Source of the DNA: Phallusia mammillata
Taxonomy: Eukaryota
Length of the DNA stretch: 64,000 nt
Reading direction: 5' to 3'
NCBI GenBank assembly: GCA_965637545.1
Contig: OZ281496.1
Coordinates: 4,712,001 to 4,776,000, forward strand
Shown here: positions 1 through 12,452 of the stretch, piece after piece
Position numbering within the stretch: position 1 is the stretch's first letter
Layout of the letters: each line of letters opens with the position of its first letter
The notes under the pieces: generated by a model
Seen by the model: only the letters and a program-made list of their open reading frames with translations
What the model was told of the DNA's origin: nothing
The model's database searches: none
Program-made: the position numbers and the translations under genes

Positions 1-717
1 CAAGTATGGGGGAAAGCCCCTTACCGTGATATTTTAAAGGTATGGCCTGTTACCATACATAGCCTTAAAAGTGTCCTCTGTGGCAATATAATGCCCAACC
101 TTGCTCTCGAGATCACTAAATACAAATGTTACGGAATTATTTTGGTAACCTCAAAATTTAGAGAAAGTTGTTTGGGTGCGAGATCTTTAACGCTAAACCT
201 TCCCAACTGTCCCGATTGTATTCTAACACTCGAGGCTACCTCCCTAATTCGTAAAACGGTCCAAGACCCTGCAGTAACGGCTTATCGCTAAAACCAATTG
301 TTACAACGGTGACTTTACAACTGGCAAAAAACAATATATATTGTAAAAAAAAGTAAAAGTACAAAAAAAGATATTAAAGTGAAAAAGGGTGAAAATAGAA
401 CACAAGAAGACAACAGCGGAAAAACAAGTAGTGAAAAGAATAACGTGAACATAAATACGGCTAAACAAAACTAACAAACATTATGAAATAAACAACTAGT
501 ATATTAATGGGTAAATAAAGTTGCAGTGAAAAGCAAGTGCAATAATTAAATATTGAATAAGGGTATGTCAAACTAAATAACAAAGTGAAACACACATATA
601 CTCATAGATAATAAAGTTACCGTGAAAAGTGCAATAATGAAATAGTAAATAAGGATATGCCAAACAAAGTGAACACAGTGAATAGAATAAATCAAGTGAA
701 CACCGGTTCACGTTACA
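1..717 (-). repeat. 3' LTR of the Gypsy element (distal end not defined)
   Basis: Minus strand reads GCAGGCGGGGGAG (PPT) then TGTAACGTG..., a canonical LTR start about 85 nt after the integrase stop. No second copy in the window. Confidence 0.65.
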
Positions 718-802
718 CTCCCCCGCCTGCATTAGTCCTACTCCCGGAGGACGCTTTCTTTAACTCTGGTAGAATTCCGTCTGTTTACGCATTCTCTTTG
801 GT

Positions 803-3160
803 CTAGTTTCCAACACGTCGCTCATAATCCGCGGACAAACCCGACCGTTTGGAGCCGCGTTTTCCTGAATCGTCTTCGGTGCTCGGAACCATCACCTGGA
901 CAACAACAGTTGGTAACTGCTTGTCGGAACCACGTGCTTGTTCACGTGAAGCTACATCTTCTTCGTGACGCTTCCCAACAATTTCGTCTCCATCGTTGTT
1001 CTCATCAAAATTGGCCGATGTTTTCTTCAAGCGATTGAAGTGCACTACTTGGGTTTTGCCGGTTTGATCAACAATCTTGTAGTTGACAGGTCCTTGCTTC
1101 TCTACTATCTGAAAAGGACCTTTATAGGGCAGGTGAAACTTTCTACATTCGTCCGGCGCCACAACCGGGTTTTCCAACAAGACTGAATCGTTAACATTAA
1201 GGGTGTCACTGCTTTGCTTACTGTTATATTGCTTCTCTATTTGCTTGCGCTGACACTGGAGCGTCTCGCGTGCCACTTCCCTGGCTAGTGCCAGCTGATC
1301 TCGGAGTCCTTCCAGATGGACCAATGGCGACTGCTGGTCATGCGGCGAAGGCTCATGTATCAGGTCAGCGGGTAGACGCAAAGGAGATCCTGTAAGCAAG
1401 TAGTGGGGAGCGAAGCCTGTGCTTTCGTGCCGACTGGAATTGTATGACAAGGCCTCATCCCAGTGCTTTCCATCATGTTGAACATAATTTCGTAGCATGT
1501 TTAAAATTGTTCGGTTATCCCTTTCTACTCCGCCATTTGCCGAAGGCCGGTACGGGGTAGTTCGGGTTTTCTTGCAACCCATCGGGCGGGTTAGTTCCTG
1601 AAACAGTGCGCTTTCGAAATTACCGCCCTGATCAGAATGGACTACCTCGGGGACCCCGTGGACGGCAAACCAGCGATGAAACAGCAAATTGGCTGTTTCT
1701 GTCGCTGTTTGGTGACGCATGGGCCAAGCCCGGACGTACTTTGTGAACAAATCGCACGCGACAAGGACATAATGGTAACCAGTCCTCGTCAACGGAAAAG
1801 GGACCATCACGTCTATCTCAATCCGTTCTAAAGGCCGAGTCTCTTGAGAAGGGACTAAAGATGCGCGTAGTTTTGTACTTGGCTTCTTATTTGATGCACA
1901 TTCGGCACAACGGCGACAAACCTGCTCGACATTGTGGCGCCATTTTGCCCAATAAAATCTTTCTGACACTTTACTAAGTGTTTTCGCAATGCCAAGATGG
2001 CCGCCTCCATGAGATTGAACGTGTAACGCAGCTAGAACAGTAGGGCGCATAGCAAAGGGAACCAACATACGCTCTGTTCTGCCATCGAGTCTAACCGAGT
2101 CCTCATCTCGGAGGTACAATATGCCGTTCCGACTAAACACACTTCCGAAAAGCGACCAATAATGTCGAATCGTTGGAGACATTCGTTTCACGGTTTTAAA
2201 CTTGGGCCGGACACCCCGATGCAACCAACTAGCAACTACCCTCAGGTCGGTATCAGCCCCTTGAGCTTCTCTAATTTCGTCGAAGCTACAGCCAAGAATA
2301 ACGCGAAAATTCACATTACACACTTCCGACGCACCTCCCGCCTGCCGCACGGGATATGGAAAGTCCGGGTCACTTTCGGGCTCAAGTCTACTTAGAGCGT
2401 CTGCGTTCCCATGTTTTACTCCCGGTCTATGAACCAACTCAAAGTTGTTTTCGGCTAGGTGCTCGACCCAACGCGCGCATTGGCCGTAGAGCTCTCTAGA
2501 TTTCCATAGCCATCGCAAAGAAGCGTGATCTGTGCGCAGAATAAAACTGTTACCCAGTAAATAACAGAGGTATAGTTTCGTAGCAAAGATCACAGCCAAC
2601 AATTCCTTGCGGGTGGTCGAATAATGCCGTTCAGCTTTACTCAGGCTCCTACTACCATACGCGATCACATGCTCTTTGCCTTCGATCTCTTGGTTTGGAA
2701 AGCAACATATTGCATAGTCAGAAGCATCAGTGTCTAATATAAAGGATCGCCTGAAGTCTGGGTACTGTAGGATTGGTGCGTTGGTCATTATATGTTTAAG
2801 CATAGAGAAAGCACGTTGGCAACTCTCGTCCCAGTCAAAGTTCTTCCCCTTTTCAGTAATCCGGTGTAGCGGGGATGCGATCTGCGCATAATTTTCGACA
2901 AATTTGCGATAATAGGATGTCAATCCCACGAATTGTCGAACGTGCTTAACAGTTGTGGGAATAGGCCAATTTGCAACAGCGCGAACTTTTTCGGGGTCGC
3001 ACAGGATACCCGCCTTGGAAACAACATGGCCGAGAAAATTAACTTCGCTCTTGAAAAGGCAACACTTTGAAGGCTTCAAAGTTAACCCTGCGGACTCCAA
3101 TCGTCTTAAGACCAAATCTACGCGGGCTAGATGTTCTTCAAATGTGCGCGCATTTTTAAT
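803..3160 (-). pseudogene. Gypsy pol 3' part: RT C-terminus, RNase H, integrase
   Basis: ARTFEEHL and FLGHVVS (RT); DTDAS and TDHASL (RNase H); H..GGH..CRRC zinc motif; D (EID), D (HSDQG), E (GGVER) triad; KGPF motif. Out of frame with the upstream RT at about 3155. Confidence 0.93.
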
Positions 3161-5087
3161 ATTATTACGTCGTCCAGGTACGCAAGAACTCCGCTCCATT
3201 CAACCCCATTAAGGACGATAGGCATTAACCTTTGAAAGCTGGCAGCTGCATTGCATAAACCCATCGGCATTACATTAAACTCGAATAGACCCATGTGGCT
3301 AGCGAATGCTGTCTTTTCGCGAGATTTTGGGTCCATAGGAATTTGCCAATAACCTGATTTAAGGTCGAACGTGGAGAAATAAACGGAACCGGCCATCTCG
3401 TCTAAACTATCGTCTATACGCGGTATGGGATAACTGTTCTTTTTGGTGACGGCGTTAAGGTCACGATAATCGATACAAAATCCACCTAACTTTTTCTTCA
3501 CAAGAACAATTGAACTGGACCAGGGAGACGTAGACGGACGGACTAAACCTTGTTTGCGCATTTCATCGATGATCTCTTTAACTTTGTGCTTGTGACGTTG
3601 CGGCATCCTCCTAGGAGCTTGGCGCACTGGTCGAGCATCTCCTGTGTCAATAAAATGCTGCGTAATACTAGTTTTGCCAAGATCAGTTGCGGATGTAGAA
3701 AAGGCGCGCGTATGTGCCGACAGAACTTCAAGCACTTTGCGCATTTGGTCTGCAGTCAATTCATCACTCATATTTACGCCGGAGACTATATTTCGCCAAT
3801 GTTCATCAACCTGGCCGTCCTCTGCTTTGTGTGTGACGCTGGAAACTTGCTCAGGTTCGAAAGTCTGCAAACAGTCGTTACAACTACATTTAGCAACATT
3901 GGCACCTAATAATACACGAAATGCGGGGTTGTAACATTGTACGTGGCCAAAAGCTGCCACTCGGTACAGGCATGCGACTTTGAGCCCAGCAGGCAACTCG
4001 ACGTCGTCGTCACTTAAATTGGCAAGTCGTATGGGTACAGTTAGCCCGGCAGTAGTGGTTACAGCGGTGGCAGTAAGAACTCCAAATCGTGCAGTAATAT
4101 CTAGGTTTCGTTCAACCACAGCAGTAAATGAAGACAATGACTCACCGTTACGATCGGGGGAGAACTCTCCCATCACTTGCATCTCCGTTGATGCATGGAC
4201 TCGGGTCAGTTCCGCTAGAAAGACTTCCTTTTCTTCAGGAATAAAGGACTGGTTCAGCAACGGCACTCTTGCTTTCCCGGCGGTCATAAGTGCGGTCTTG
4301 TAGCAAAGAGAGCAGTTATACTTTTTCAGGAAGTCTAGGCCTATGATGCACTCATGCGCGGAGTGGTTGCATACATAGAATCGGTGGCTCACAGTTAGTC
4401 CACCAACTTTAATGTTTACATTAGCTATCCCAAGAGAATTCAACTGCGTGCCGTTTGCAGCAACCAGGCCAAAATTAGTTGGACACGACTCTAGGTTCAT
4501 ATTACCAACGTTAGAAAGTTTTCGCCGCAAGTGTTCGGATAACAAAGATACAGTTGCCCCCGTGTCTACTAAAGCACATACCGGCACGTTTTCGGTCACA
4601 ATCTCAATAAACCGCGGTAACACTTGCTTTCGGTGGACGGTCGGAGGGTCGGGGAGTTGTTTGGTAGTCGTCATGGCTTTTGTGGGGGCCAGTCTAGAGG
4701 TTGCTCTGAGCACAGAAGAATAATTAAGGTTTTGTTTATCAACGGGTTGCATAGGAACGCGTGAACAGCGCGTCGTTTTTTTACCACGGTGACACTGGTG
4801 TTGGAGATGACCGGACTCTCCACAATTAAAACACCTCCGCTGGTTAAAGGGTCGGGAAGGGCGCACATCGGAACGATGTTGAGCCAACGCCAGCGACCGA
4901 ACCTGTTGCTGCAGATTCTCGCACTGGGCTTGCAAACTCGCAACAGTGCTTGTTAAATGTTCTGTGTTTTTGTGTAAACCCTGCTTCAGTTCATTCAGGG
5001 TAGTAATTACAGTATTGTCAAAATCGCGTTTGTCCTCTACAGACGTAGTGACTGTTGCGACAATTGCCGTGGGTTGTTCGTTTAAAC
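3127..5087 (-). pseudogene. Gypsy gag C-terminus, zinc knuckle, aspartic protease, RT N-terminus
   Basis: CFNCGESGHLQHQC knuckle, LVDTGA protease, RT motifs FCIDYR, DLKSGYWQI, MPMGLCNA and YLDD. The ORF-track start at 5100 lies inside the hAT TIR and is an artefact. Confidence 0.93.
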
Positions 5088-5437
5088 CAGGGGCGGGCAA
5101 CTTCTCCAGTCGGCGGGCCTGATATGGGAAAATGAAGTACTTGGCGGGCCGGATTCCTGAATCGATACATTAATCGCGTATTTATCCAGTGATTTAAAAC
5201 GGATTTTTGACCACCTAAACCAAATACATTCAAGAACATCACAAATACAATACAGTCCAAACAATCTAACTGATATAACATAAAATTATTCACCACAGCA
5301 AATTTAATGCATACACCACAGACTTAGATACTGGTGAAACACTTACTAGGCTATACGTGTGGAAACAAAGGAAACCGTGAAAGCAGGCCACACACATGGT
5401 TGGCAGTTATGTCGTAACAATGGACGTAAGGTGCAAT

Positions 5438-7900
5438 TGTAACATAATGATGTAATATTCGCATTGACGTCACGAGTAAGAGCGGACGTGACTTGTAAGT
5501 TTTCCCATTACGTGATTTATATACCTCAAGTGTTTGATTGCGTGAGACCGCAGAGGTACATTCCATATAATTGCTAATTGATGTTTTGAACACAGGATGG
5601 AAACGTTCTGTACCTCCAGGCCAATAACAGATCCCATGTGCGTAGTTTAATGACGTTGTTTTGATATGTGTTTATATACCGTGTCTTGCAACTTCGGTTG
5701 GCCACAGGGGCACAAGGGCTTCGCCCTACCCTTGCCATTATTCTATTCGATTCGACTTCGGTTGGGCGTATGAATCACATTACGTCAAGCCACGTTTAAA
5801 CTGCATTACCGTTGTTGTCAACCGCACAAACTAAACCAACGAAAGCTTCGTGCTTGCAAACCAACCAAAGCTTCGGATTTTTGGAACTTCAAACGTCAGA
5901 ACCCTGCCCAATATTTCCTACAATTTGGTGACCTCGACTGCGATAGCTTCCAGCAGCAAAATAACGACTAAGAAGAAGACGAAATACATCAAAGAAGAAC
6001 AACTGTGACCCGTCAAGCAACAATCAAGCAAGCGGTACAATTTAACCCCGCAACCATCAAGCATCGCTTAGACTACGACGAGTCGACGAACAAGCACTAA
6101 GCCTTGCCAAGTGCTAGAAGGTTACTATCAATCAATCCATCCATCCACAAGAATTCAAGAGCACGAGCTTTCAATTTCTTGACGAATCAATCGAGCTCGA
6201 GCCACTGAGGAGGACACTATCCATTCGCGTACGTTCGGAGACGGATTCGGTTTGGAGGTCGCACTAATTCGCGTGAGGATATCACACATCATTCGTGGTA
6301 CGGATATCGGAAACACGAACTGTCTATATTATAACTGGATTACGGAACAAATGGAATAAGCAAAGACGACATCAAGCTACGTCATGAATCACTACTTCAA
6401 CGATGACGCTTCTTTAAATCTTACCAGTTAAGTTTTACCTTTTGTTTTTGTTATGTCATTAAGTTCTTTGCCTACCCCATTCTCGGGATATGTTATACTA
6501 ACACCTTTGTTTGTCTCTTTATTTGTAATGTGCTAGTTTAAAAGCTACTTGTTGTGAAACACACACTTAATTTGAACTATTAATTTCGAAACTAAGCTTT
6601 TTATTATCGCTTTTGCTTGTCTCGATATCCATTAGCTTCGTGGAGACTCGACTTTTCGAGTTGAGACACTTTATTCTCTAGTATGCCACCTAGGAAAAGT
6701 TAGCTCTTGGTAGCGATTGTGACTGATCAACACAATTTTTACTTTTCGTGGTTCTGAGAAATACGTTAGCTTCTCGCGCGTACCTGCTTTACACCAGTCC
6801 TTATTGTCTGCAAGCAACATGCTCTATTTTTGACGGGATGAGCTTTTCCCCGCACTTATATTCTCCCATGACACTTCACAAGGTTGCTATACCTTTACTG
6901 GCTAGATGGCGTCCCAATTGGAAACATGATGCATTAAACACTAGACCAGATATCTTTACTAGGCCATAGCTGCCTCAGATGTTGCTTACCGAAGCATATT
7001 GCGTGAATAACTTTGACCACGTAGAGTAAAAGCGATTCTTATTTAGTGATGTTTTGTTATTTGTAATTGCATCTAAATTTTGCTCTAGCACAAAGCAAAC
7101 TGTTTATGTACGTGTACTGCTGTTTATTTTATTGTTACAGAAATGTGAATTCATACAACTACTTGTGGCACAATGAAGGAGGACATTTGAATTTCCCATA
7201 CCACTGCTGAGCCCGATTCTCGAATTTTCGGATAACTGTCGACAACCGAGCTCGAGAGACGCGCAAGCGTTATGACAAATTGTACTGTTAACGCGTATCA
7301 GTTTTGGTGTGGTTAATTAAATGTTTTTCTTTCGTATCGTCACAATTGTTTTCACATGTTTTTTCGCAATTCTTTCTTGTGAATGTTTCTTGTAAAACAC
7401 TTTTTGGAGGAAGACTAATGTAACATAATGATGTAATATTCGCATTGACGTCACGAGTAAGAGCGGACGTGACTTGTAAGTTTTCCCATTACGTGATTTA
7501 TATACCTCAAGTGTTTGATTGCGTGAGACCGCAGAGGTACATTCCATATAATTGCTAATTGATGTTTTGAACACAGGATGGAAACGTTCTGTACCTCCAG
7601 GCCAATAACAGATCCCATGTGCGTAGTTTAATGACGTTGTTTTGATATGTGTTTATATACCGTGTCTTGCAACTTCGGTTGGCCACAGGGGCACAAGGGC
7701 TTCGCCCTACCCTTGCCATTATTCTATTCGATTCGACTTCGGTTGGGCGTATGAATCACATTACGTCAAGCCACGTTTAAACTGCATTACCGTTGTTGTC
7801 AACCGCACAAACTAAACCAACGAAAGCTTCGTGCTTGCAAACCAACCAAAGCTTCGGATTTTTGGAACTTCAAACGTCAGAACCAAACGTATTTCCTACA
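5438..7900 (+). mobile_element. Non-autonomous, non-coding LTR retroelement (TRIM/LARD-like), 2463 bp
   Basis: LTRs 5438-5922 and 7419-7900 (TG...CA), near identical; 4-bp TSD CAAT at 5434-5437 and 7901-7904; PBS after the 5' LTR; purine tract GGAGGAAGA at 7406-7414; no retroelement ORF in the 1.5-kb interior. Confidence 0.95.
5926..5944 (+). promoter_or_regulatory. Primer-binding site, tRNA-Trp-like
   Basis: TGGTGACCTCGACTGCGAT 3 nt after the 5' LTR, close to the complement of the eukaryotic tRNA-Trp 3' end (TGGTGACCCCGACGTGAT). Confidence 0.75.
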
Positions 7901-8120
7901 CAATGGTAACAACGGCGGGAAAGTTTTTTGCTATTGGGGAGCGTTAATGTCCGTTACAACCATAATTTGACGCATTAAGCAAGTAGTGGGGGATTGCGGC
8001 AGACTGTGGCCGCGGGCCACATTATCATGTAAGACCTGGAACTGTCTGCGGGCCGCTCAAAATCCCGTCGCGGGCCGGATCCGGCCCGCGGGCCGTATGT
8101 TGCCCGCCCCTGGTTTAAAC

Positions 8121-8552
8121 CAACTCGGAAGCGGCCCAAAAGTCACGCTTATGGTTTAATCAATTCGAAATATTAGCGGCAAGGTTTTGATCTAACAGTC
8201 CAGACAACAACACAGTGTACATTACTTTTCTCTTGATGTTTTCTTCCTTTTCCTCGGGGTGCGCTTTGTCTCCCAGCTCCTTGATTGCACGCACAAATTC
8301 TCGGGGCGTTTCGCGAGGCATCTCCCGACGTGTAATCAATCGATGGCGCAGTTTATGCAAGTAAGCGCCGCCGGTACTGTTCTTTAGAGCTCGCTCGATA
8401 ATAACTGAGTAATCCAGGTTGTATACGGAACGGTCCTTGCCTTGTATTCTCCAGCGGAGCTCGTCATCAATAGTAGACAGGACACTAGGTTTACCTCGCC
8501 ACTGTAACTTAACTGGGCTAATAATACCATTTATTATGCGAACATAAAACAA
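8121..8552 (-). pseudogene. Gypsy gag N-terminal fragment
   Basis: ETPREFVRAIKELGDKAHP...LLSGL resembles the retrotransposon gag motif; abuts the hAT TSD; in-frame stop at 8160-8162 and a frame offset to the downstream gag. Confidence 0.75.
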
Positions 8553-9517
8553 CTCAGATAGTAATCGGTTGTGCAGCTGCGACCTCCGCCTTTAGTACGT
8601 TTTCGTATCCTATGTGGTTTAGGAAATTGCCAGTTTAAGAAATTACGTTCACAGAGGAATCCCTGCCGTGCAGAACGGTGGAACAAAGTGACGCATTCAT
8701 GTTTATTACACAATGCCTGTCGACGACGTATGTCTCTGCTACTTTTCATTTGTGTTATTACTTGTGCGGTTTTTCAACGGGACTCTTTGTTTACTTTGAA
8801 TAGACTAGAGCAGCTTTCGTGTTCGAAACTAAGGTGTTATAGAGACCACACAACAAGTGAAATATCTATTTTTCACACCATAGCGACCCAACAGAAACCA
8901 CAGGTATAAAAACGAAACATTAACCCGTAAAATAACGTTTGTTTACACAACACGCCAGATGACGATTTACATCGCAATAAGCGTTAATGAAAATCTTGTT
9001 GCAACAAATTGAACTTTTTTCATTGGAAGTAACTGATCAAAGTCTTATTAGTGCACAGTTTTAATATGGTCCTTGTGTTGTCCGGGACGTTATAATCTGT
9101 AAGTAAATAACAACATAAAATTGGCCCTACATTTGGCAGGCTTTGGAAAGACGTAATCTCAAAACTCACTGCCAAGCCATAAGAAAAGCATCAAGCAATT
9201 TTCGATTCAGCGATATGTTGCGTTATAGTTGACAGGGTTTAAACAACTAAAATAATTTTTTTGGTTGAATTATGACAAGGTTCAACATTTGCTGTTCTGT
9301 GTGGACATTTTTCTGAAGTTTTCAACTATTTGCAAGATTCAAGTTCGGGAAATGTTTATTTCCAGGCTAAAATCAGTGTTGACAGTGCTGTAAAAACAAA
9401 TTAATTTCGCTAAAAAGCATCTTCAGTGTCTTATTCAAATAGAATATATTTGCAATAAATTTGAAATGCCTTAAATCTGCAGTGTTTTTTCTAGAGTATG
9501 TATCATAATGTGTTTTA

Positions 9518-10385
9518 TCAATGGAATTTGTCTTTATTGTGTGTCGTTATGTGACTTTTCAAACTCCCACTTGCGGTGAAGCATTTTTACCAAACATCAC
9601 ATCGATAAGTTTTTTCTTTGGTGTGTGTCACCATGTGCCTTTTCAAATTTCCACCTTGCTTGAAGCATTTTTCACAAACACAACATCGATGAGGTTTTTC
9701 TTTGGTGTGCGTCAACATGTGCATTTTCAAGTGATCACGTCGGTTAAATCTTTTTTCACAAACACCACATTGATGCGGTTTTTCCTTGGTGTGTGTCAAC
9801 ATGTGTGTTTTCAAATGACCAACTTGGCTAAAGCATTTTTCACAAACATCACATCGATAAGGTTTTTCCTTGGTGTGTGTCAACATGTTTGTTTTCACAT
9901 TTCCACTTGTGTTAAATCTTTTTTCACAAACACCACATCGATGCGGTTTTTCTTTGGTGTGTGTCAACATGTGTATTTTTAGGTTTCCACCTTGGTTAAA
10001 TCTTTTTTCACAAATATCACATCGATAAGGTTTTCGATTGCTGTGAGTCAACATGTGCGTTTTTAAAACTTCAACCCGACTGAATCTTTTTTCACAAACT
10101 TCACATCGATAAGGTTTCTCTTTGGTGTGTGTCAACATGTGTCTTTTCAAATTTCCACTTTCGCTGAAGCGTTTTTCGCAAACAATGCAGTGATGAGGTT
10201 TTTCTTTGGTGTGTGTCAACATGTGCCTTTTCAAACTTCCAACTTGCTTGAAGCATTTTTCACAAACATAACATCGATGAGGTTTTTCTTTGCTGTGCGT
10301 CAACATGTGCATTTTCAAGTGATCAAATTTCCACTTATTTCAAATATTTTGCACAAACATCACATTTATATAGTTTTTGTTTAGT
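9518..10385 (-). pseudogene. C2H2 zinc-finger array (84-bp repeats), probably pseudogenised
   Basis: Eight CxxC-x12-H-x3-H units (one with H>N) with HTKEKP linkers in 9587-10318. The last finger is broken (TGG TAA in place of TGT GAA); the upstream finger has a stop plus frameshift at about 10320-10340. Confidence 0.8.
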
Positions 10386-10511
10386 GTGACACAATCATAC
10401 AATAAGAATACTACGTGAAAGAAAGTTACAACTTGCAACCTCAGTTCCGTAATACTTTTCAATTAACTTATGTGTGTAACTACAATCCTAATACTCGAGT
10501 ATTGTTTAAAC

Positions 10512-11035
10512 CAGTGGTTCTTAACCTTTTTGGTGTGGTTTCCCATGAAAGTTAATCACCAAGTTCGAATTTCCCCCTCTGTTATTTTTATAATCATGTT
10601 TTGTGCCCTACATTAACAAAAAAAATTCTTTAATCGTGATAATTTTGTGAAGCGATTTGGTCACGATCTTAATTGGTCACGACACTGCAATCTTATTTAG
10701 TTTAAATAGTGATTTCGTGACATGTGATTGCATCAGTCATTTTTGGCATCACAATCAACAGATCAAATGCATTTATTCGCGAACAATAACACAGTCATTG
10801 ATACTTTTAGTAATGTATGTGACGTAACAAACGATTTTTGAATTTTTATGCGCCTTGTTAAACTAGGTGAAGTTAATCTTATGTGTTGTTGCGGAAAATA
10901 GTGTATTAAATTAACTTTCAACGGTTAATTTCAACTCACGGGCCCGAGTTTGGTGACTTCTGACTACCATAATTTTCATCCAAAAACATTAAATTTCCCA
11001 CTGGTGGGAGATTTCCCACCGGTTAAGAACCACCG
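10512..11035. mobile_element. hAT (Charlie-like) MITE, 524 bp
   Basis: TIRs CAGTGGTTCTTAACC / GGTTAAGAACCACCG (1 mismatch); TSD GTTTAAAC at 10504-10511 and 11036-11043. Confidence 0.92.
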
Positions 11036-12287
11036 GTTTAAACCTAACCGATGTCAAATGGCTTCGCAATGCGGACAGCTGTGCATCAATTTCCTTTTCC
11101 AGCGTGTCCGATTACAAGCATCATTTATATCGGTCACAAACTGGGCCAAACAACTGATCGGACATATTTCTGTGGCACTGTTGAAATAGCCAAATCGTTC
11201 ATCCAGTATTAAATCAATTTAACCTACAAAGGTAACCGAGCAAATGTAGTTATTTTCGCTGAAATATGTCTGAAAATATTTTTATGTTCAAAAGTTCTGA
11301 TCTGTGCTTAAAGCGGTCGATGTCACATATGCAATACATTTGTTCTATTCAAGACAAGTCATTGTTTCCTTAAGAGAAATGGGTCTTGAACTTTTTCAAA
11401 CCCTCGAAATTACAACAGATGTGCAATAAATCAAAACTAATATACACGCAACAGTTAAAGTGATTTAGCTTGTTGTAAAAGTAAACTGAAGTGATCCTGT
11501 GTTCAAAACAAACGTATAGATGCATCAAGCCAACAAATATTACATATCAGTGTTTCCAAGTATCAACACTTAAGTCCAATGACATTAGAACCAGGTGTAA
11601 TAATAATTCCACGTCGCTTGTTTGATTCAAACTGCAATTATGAAACGCCCTTAATGGCATTTTTACTTTTCCGAATCTAACCCAACATAACAGACCAGTG
11701 GTAAAATGATTGAAACGGTGTGTTCTAAACATAACAGACATAGAATTTGTCCTCTAAAATCTAACTATTAACACGCTAGCTTTCCCTCGCTACTGCAAAC
11801 CTTAACTGAGCTACAAAGTCCACTTGCTGCGCGTAAACGAAGTATTTTAGACATTAAAGGGTAATGCAGCTGCGACATAGGGCTTTACCACGTTCTCGTA
11901 TTACAGGAAGCAATTCGACGCATGGCCAGATTAGCTAGCTTCCACGAAGTTAGAAACTAAGTGAACAGGCAACTGTTGGGATTTTGAAATTGATTTCATA
12001 AACAATTAAACCATTAAGACTGACACGCAAACATTTAACATAGTTTAACCCCACTACTACACACCAAATGACGATTTACAATGCGTTATTTTGTTTAGCG
12101 ATATGGATATTAAAAAATACAAATATATTCGCTGTTTAAGTACAGAAGATTTCAACATTATTCTTTAATGTTACAAACATCACATCCAAGAGTCTGTATG
12201 AACACAAGTTGTGCAACGCTTTGTTACGCGATAAACCCTCGTGGAGCAATTTTGTGCCACAATAATGGGCAAACTTTAGACAAGTGC

Positions 12288-12452
12288 CAGCGGTGGGATT
12301 CAAATTTTTTGTTAGCCGGTTCTATCACAAAAGTCATATTTTTCAGCCGGTTCTGTTATAAGTTGCATAATGCTTTTGCGGTTCGCTGATCACATAAAAT
12401 TTCGTGAGACGGTTCTATTGAACCGGTGCGAACCGACTGAATCCCACCACTG
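12288..12452. mobile_element. Short hAT-like MITE
   Basis: TIRs CAGCGGTGGGATTCA / TGAATCCCACCACTG with internal (A/G)CCGGTTC repeats; no matching TSD. Confidence 0.65.

Larger units (their letters stand above)
5088..8112. mobile_element. Non-autonomous hAT (Charlie/Buster-like) element, about 558 bp after removing the nested LTR element
   Basis: Perfect 14-bp TIRs CAGGGGCGGGCAAC (5088) / GTTGCCCGCCCCTG (ends 8112); identical 8-bp TSD GTTTAAAC at 5080-5087 and 8113-8120; GCGGGCC subterminal repeats. Confidence 0.95.
1..8560 (-). mobile_element. Decayed Ty3/Gypsy LTR retrotransposon (gag-pol), 5' LTR not found, interrupted by nested insertions at 5088-8112
   Basis: Domain order gag, CCHC knuckle, protease, RT, RNase H, integrase is Gypsy-type. 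Polypurine tract at 718-730 is directly followed by TGTAAC at 717. The gag N-terminus resumes beyond the nested insertion (8160-8552). Confidence 0.92.

Noticed and set aside
5351-7574. Twin 80-85 aa ORFs (MFKTSISNY..)
   Set aside because: The same LTR sequence read twice and running into different flanks; non-ATG start.
8113-8120. TTTAAAC slippery site for programmed -1 frameshift in gag
   Set aside because: The reading phase does not fit X XXY YYZ, it lies upstream of the zinc knuckle, and it is the hAT target site.
8940-8975. PBS and 5' LTR of the Gypsy element (minus-strand TGGCG..)
   Set aside because: The adjacent sequence does not match the 3' LTR at 1-717 and there is no convincing tRNA complement.
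9521-10384. Plus-strand hydrophobic repeat ORFs
   Set aside because: Antisense shadows of the zinc-finger array.
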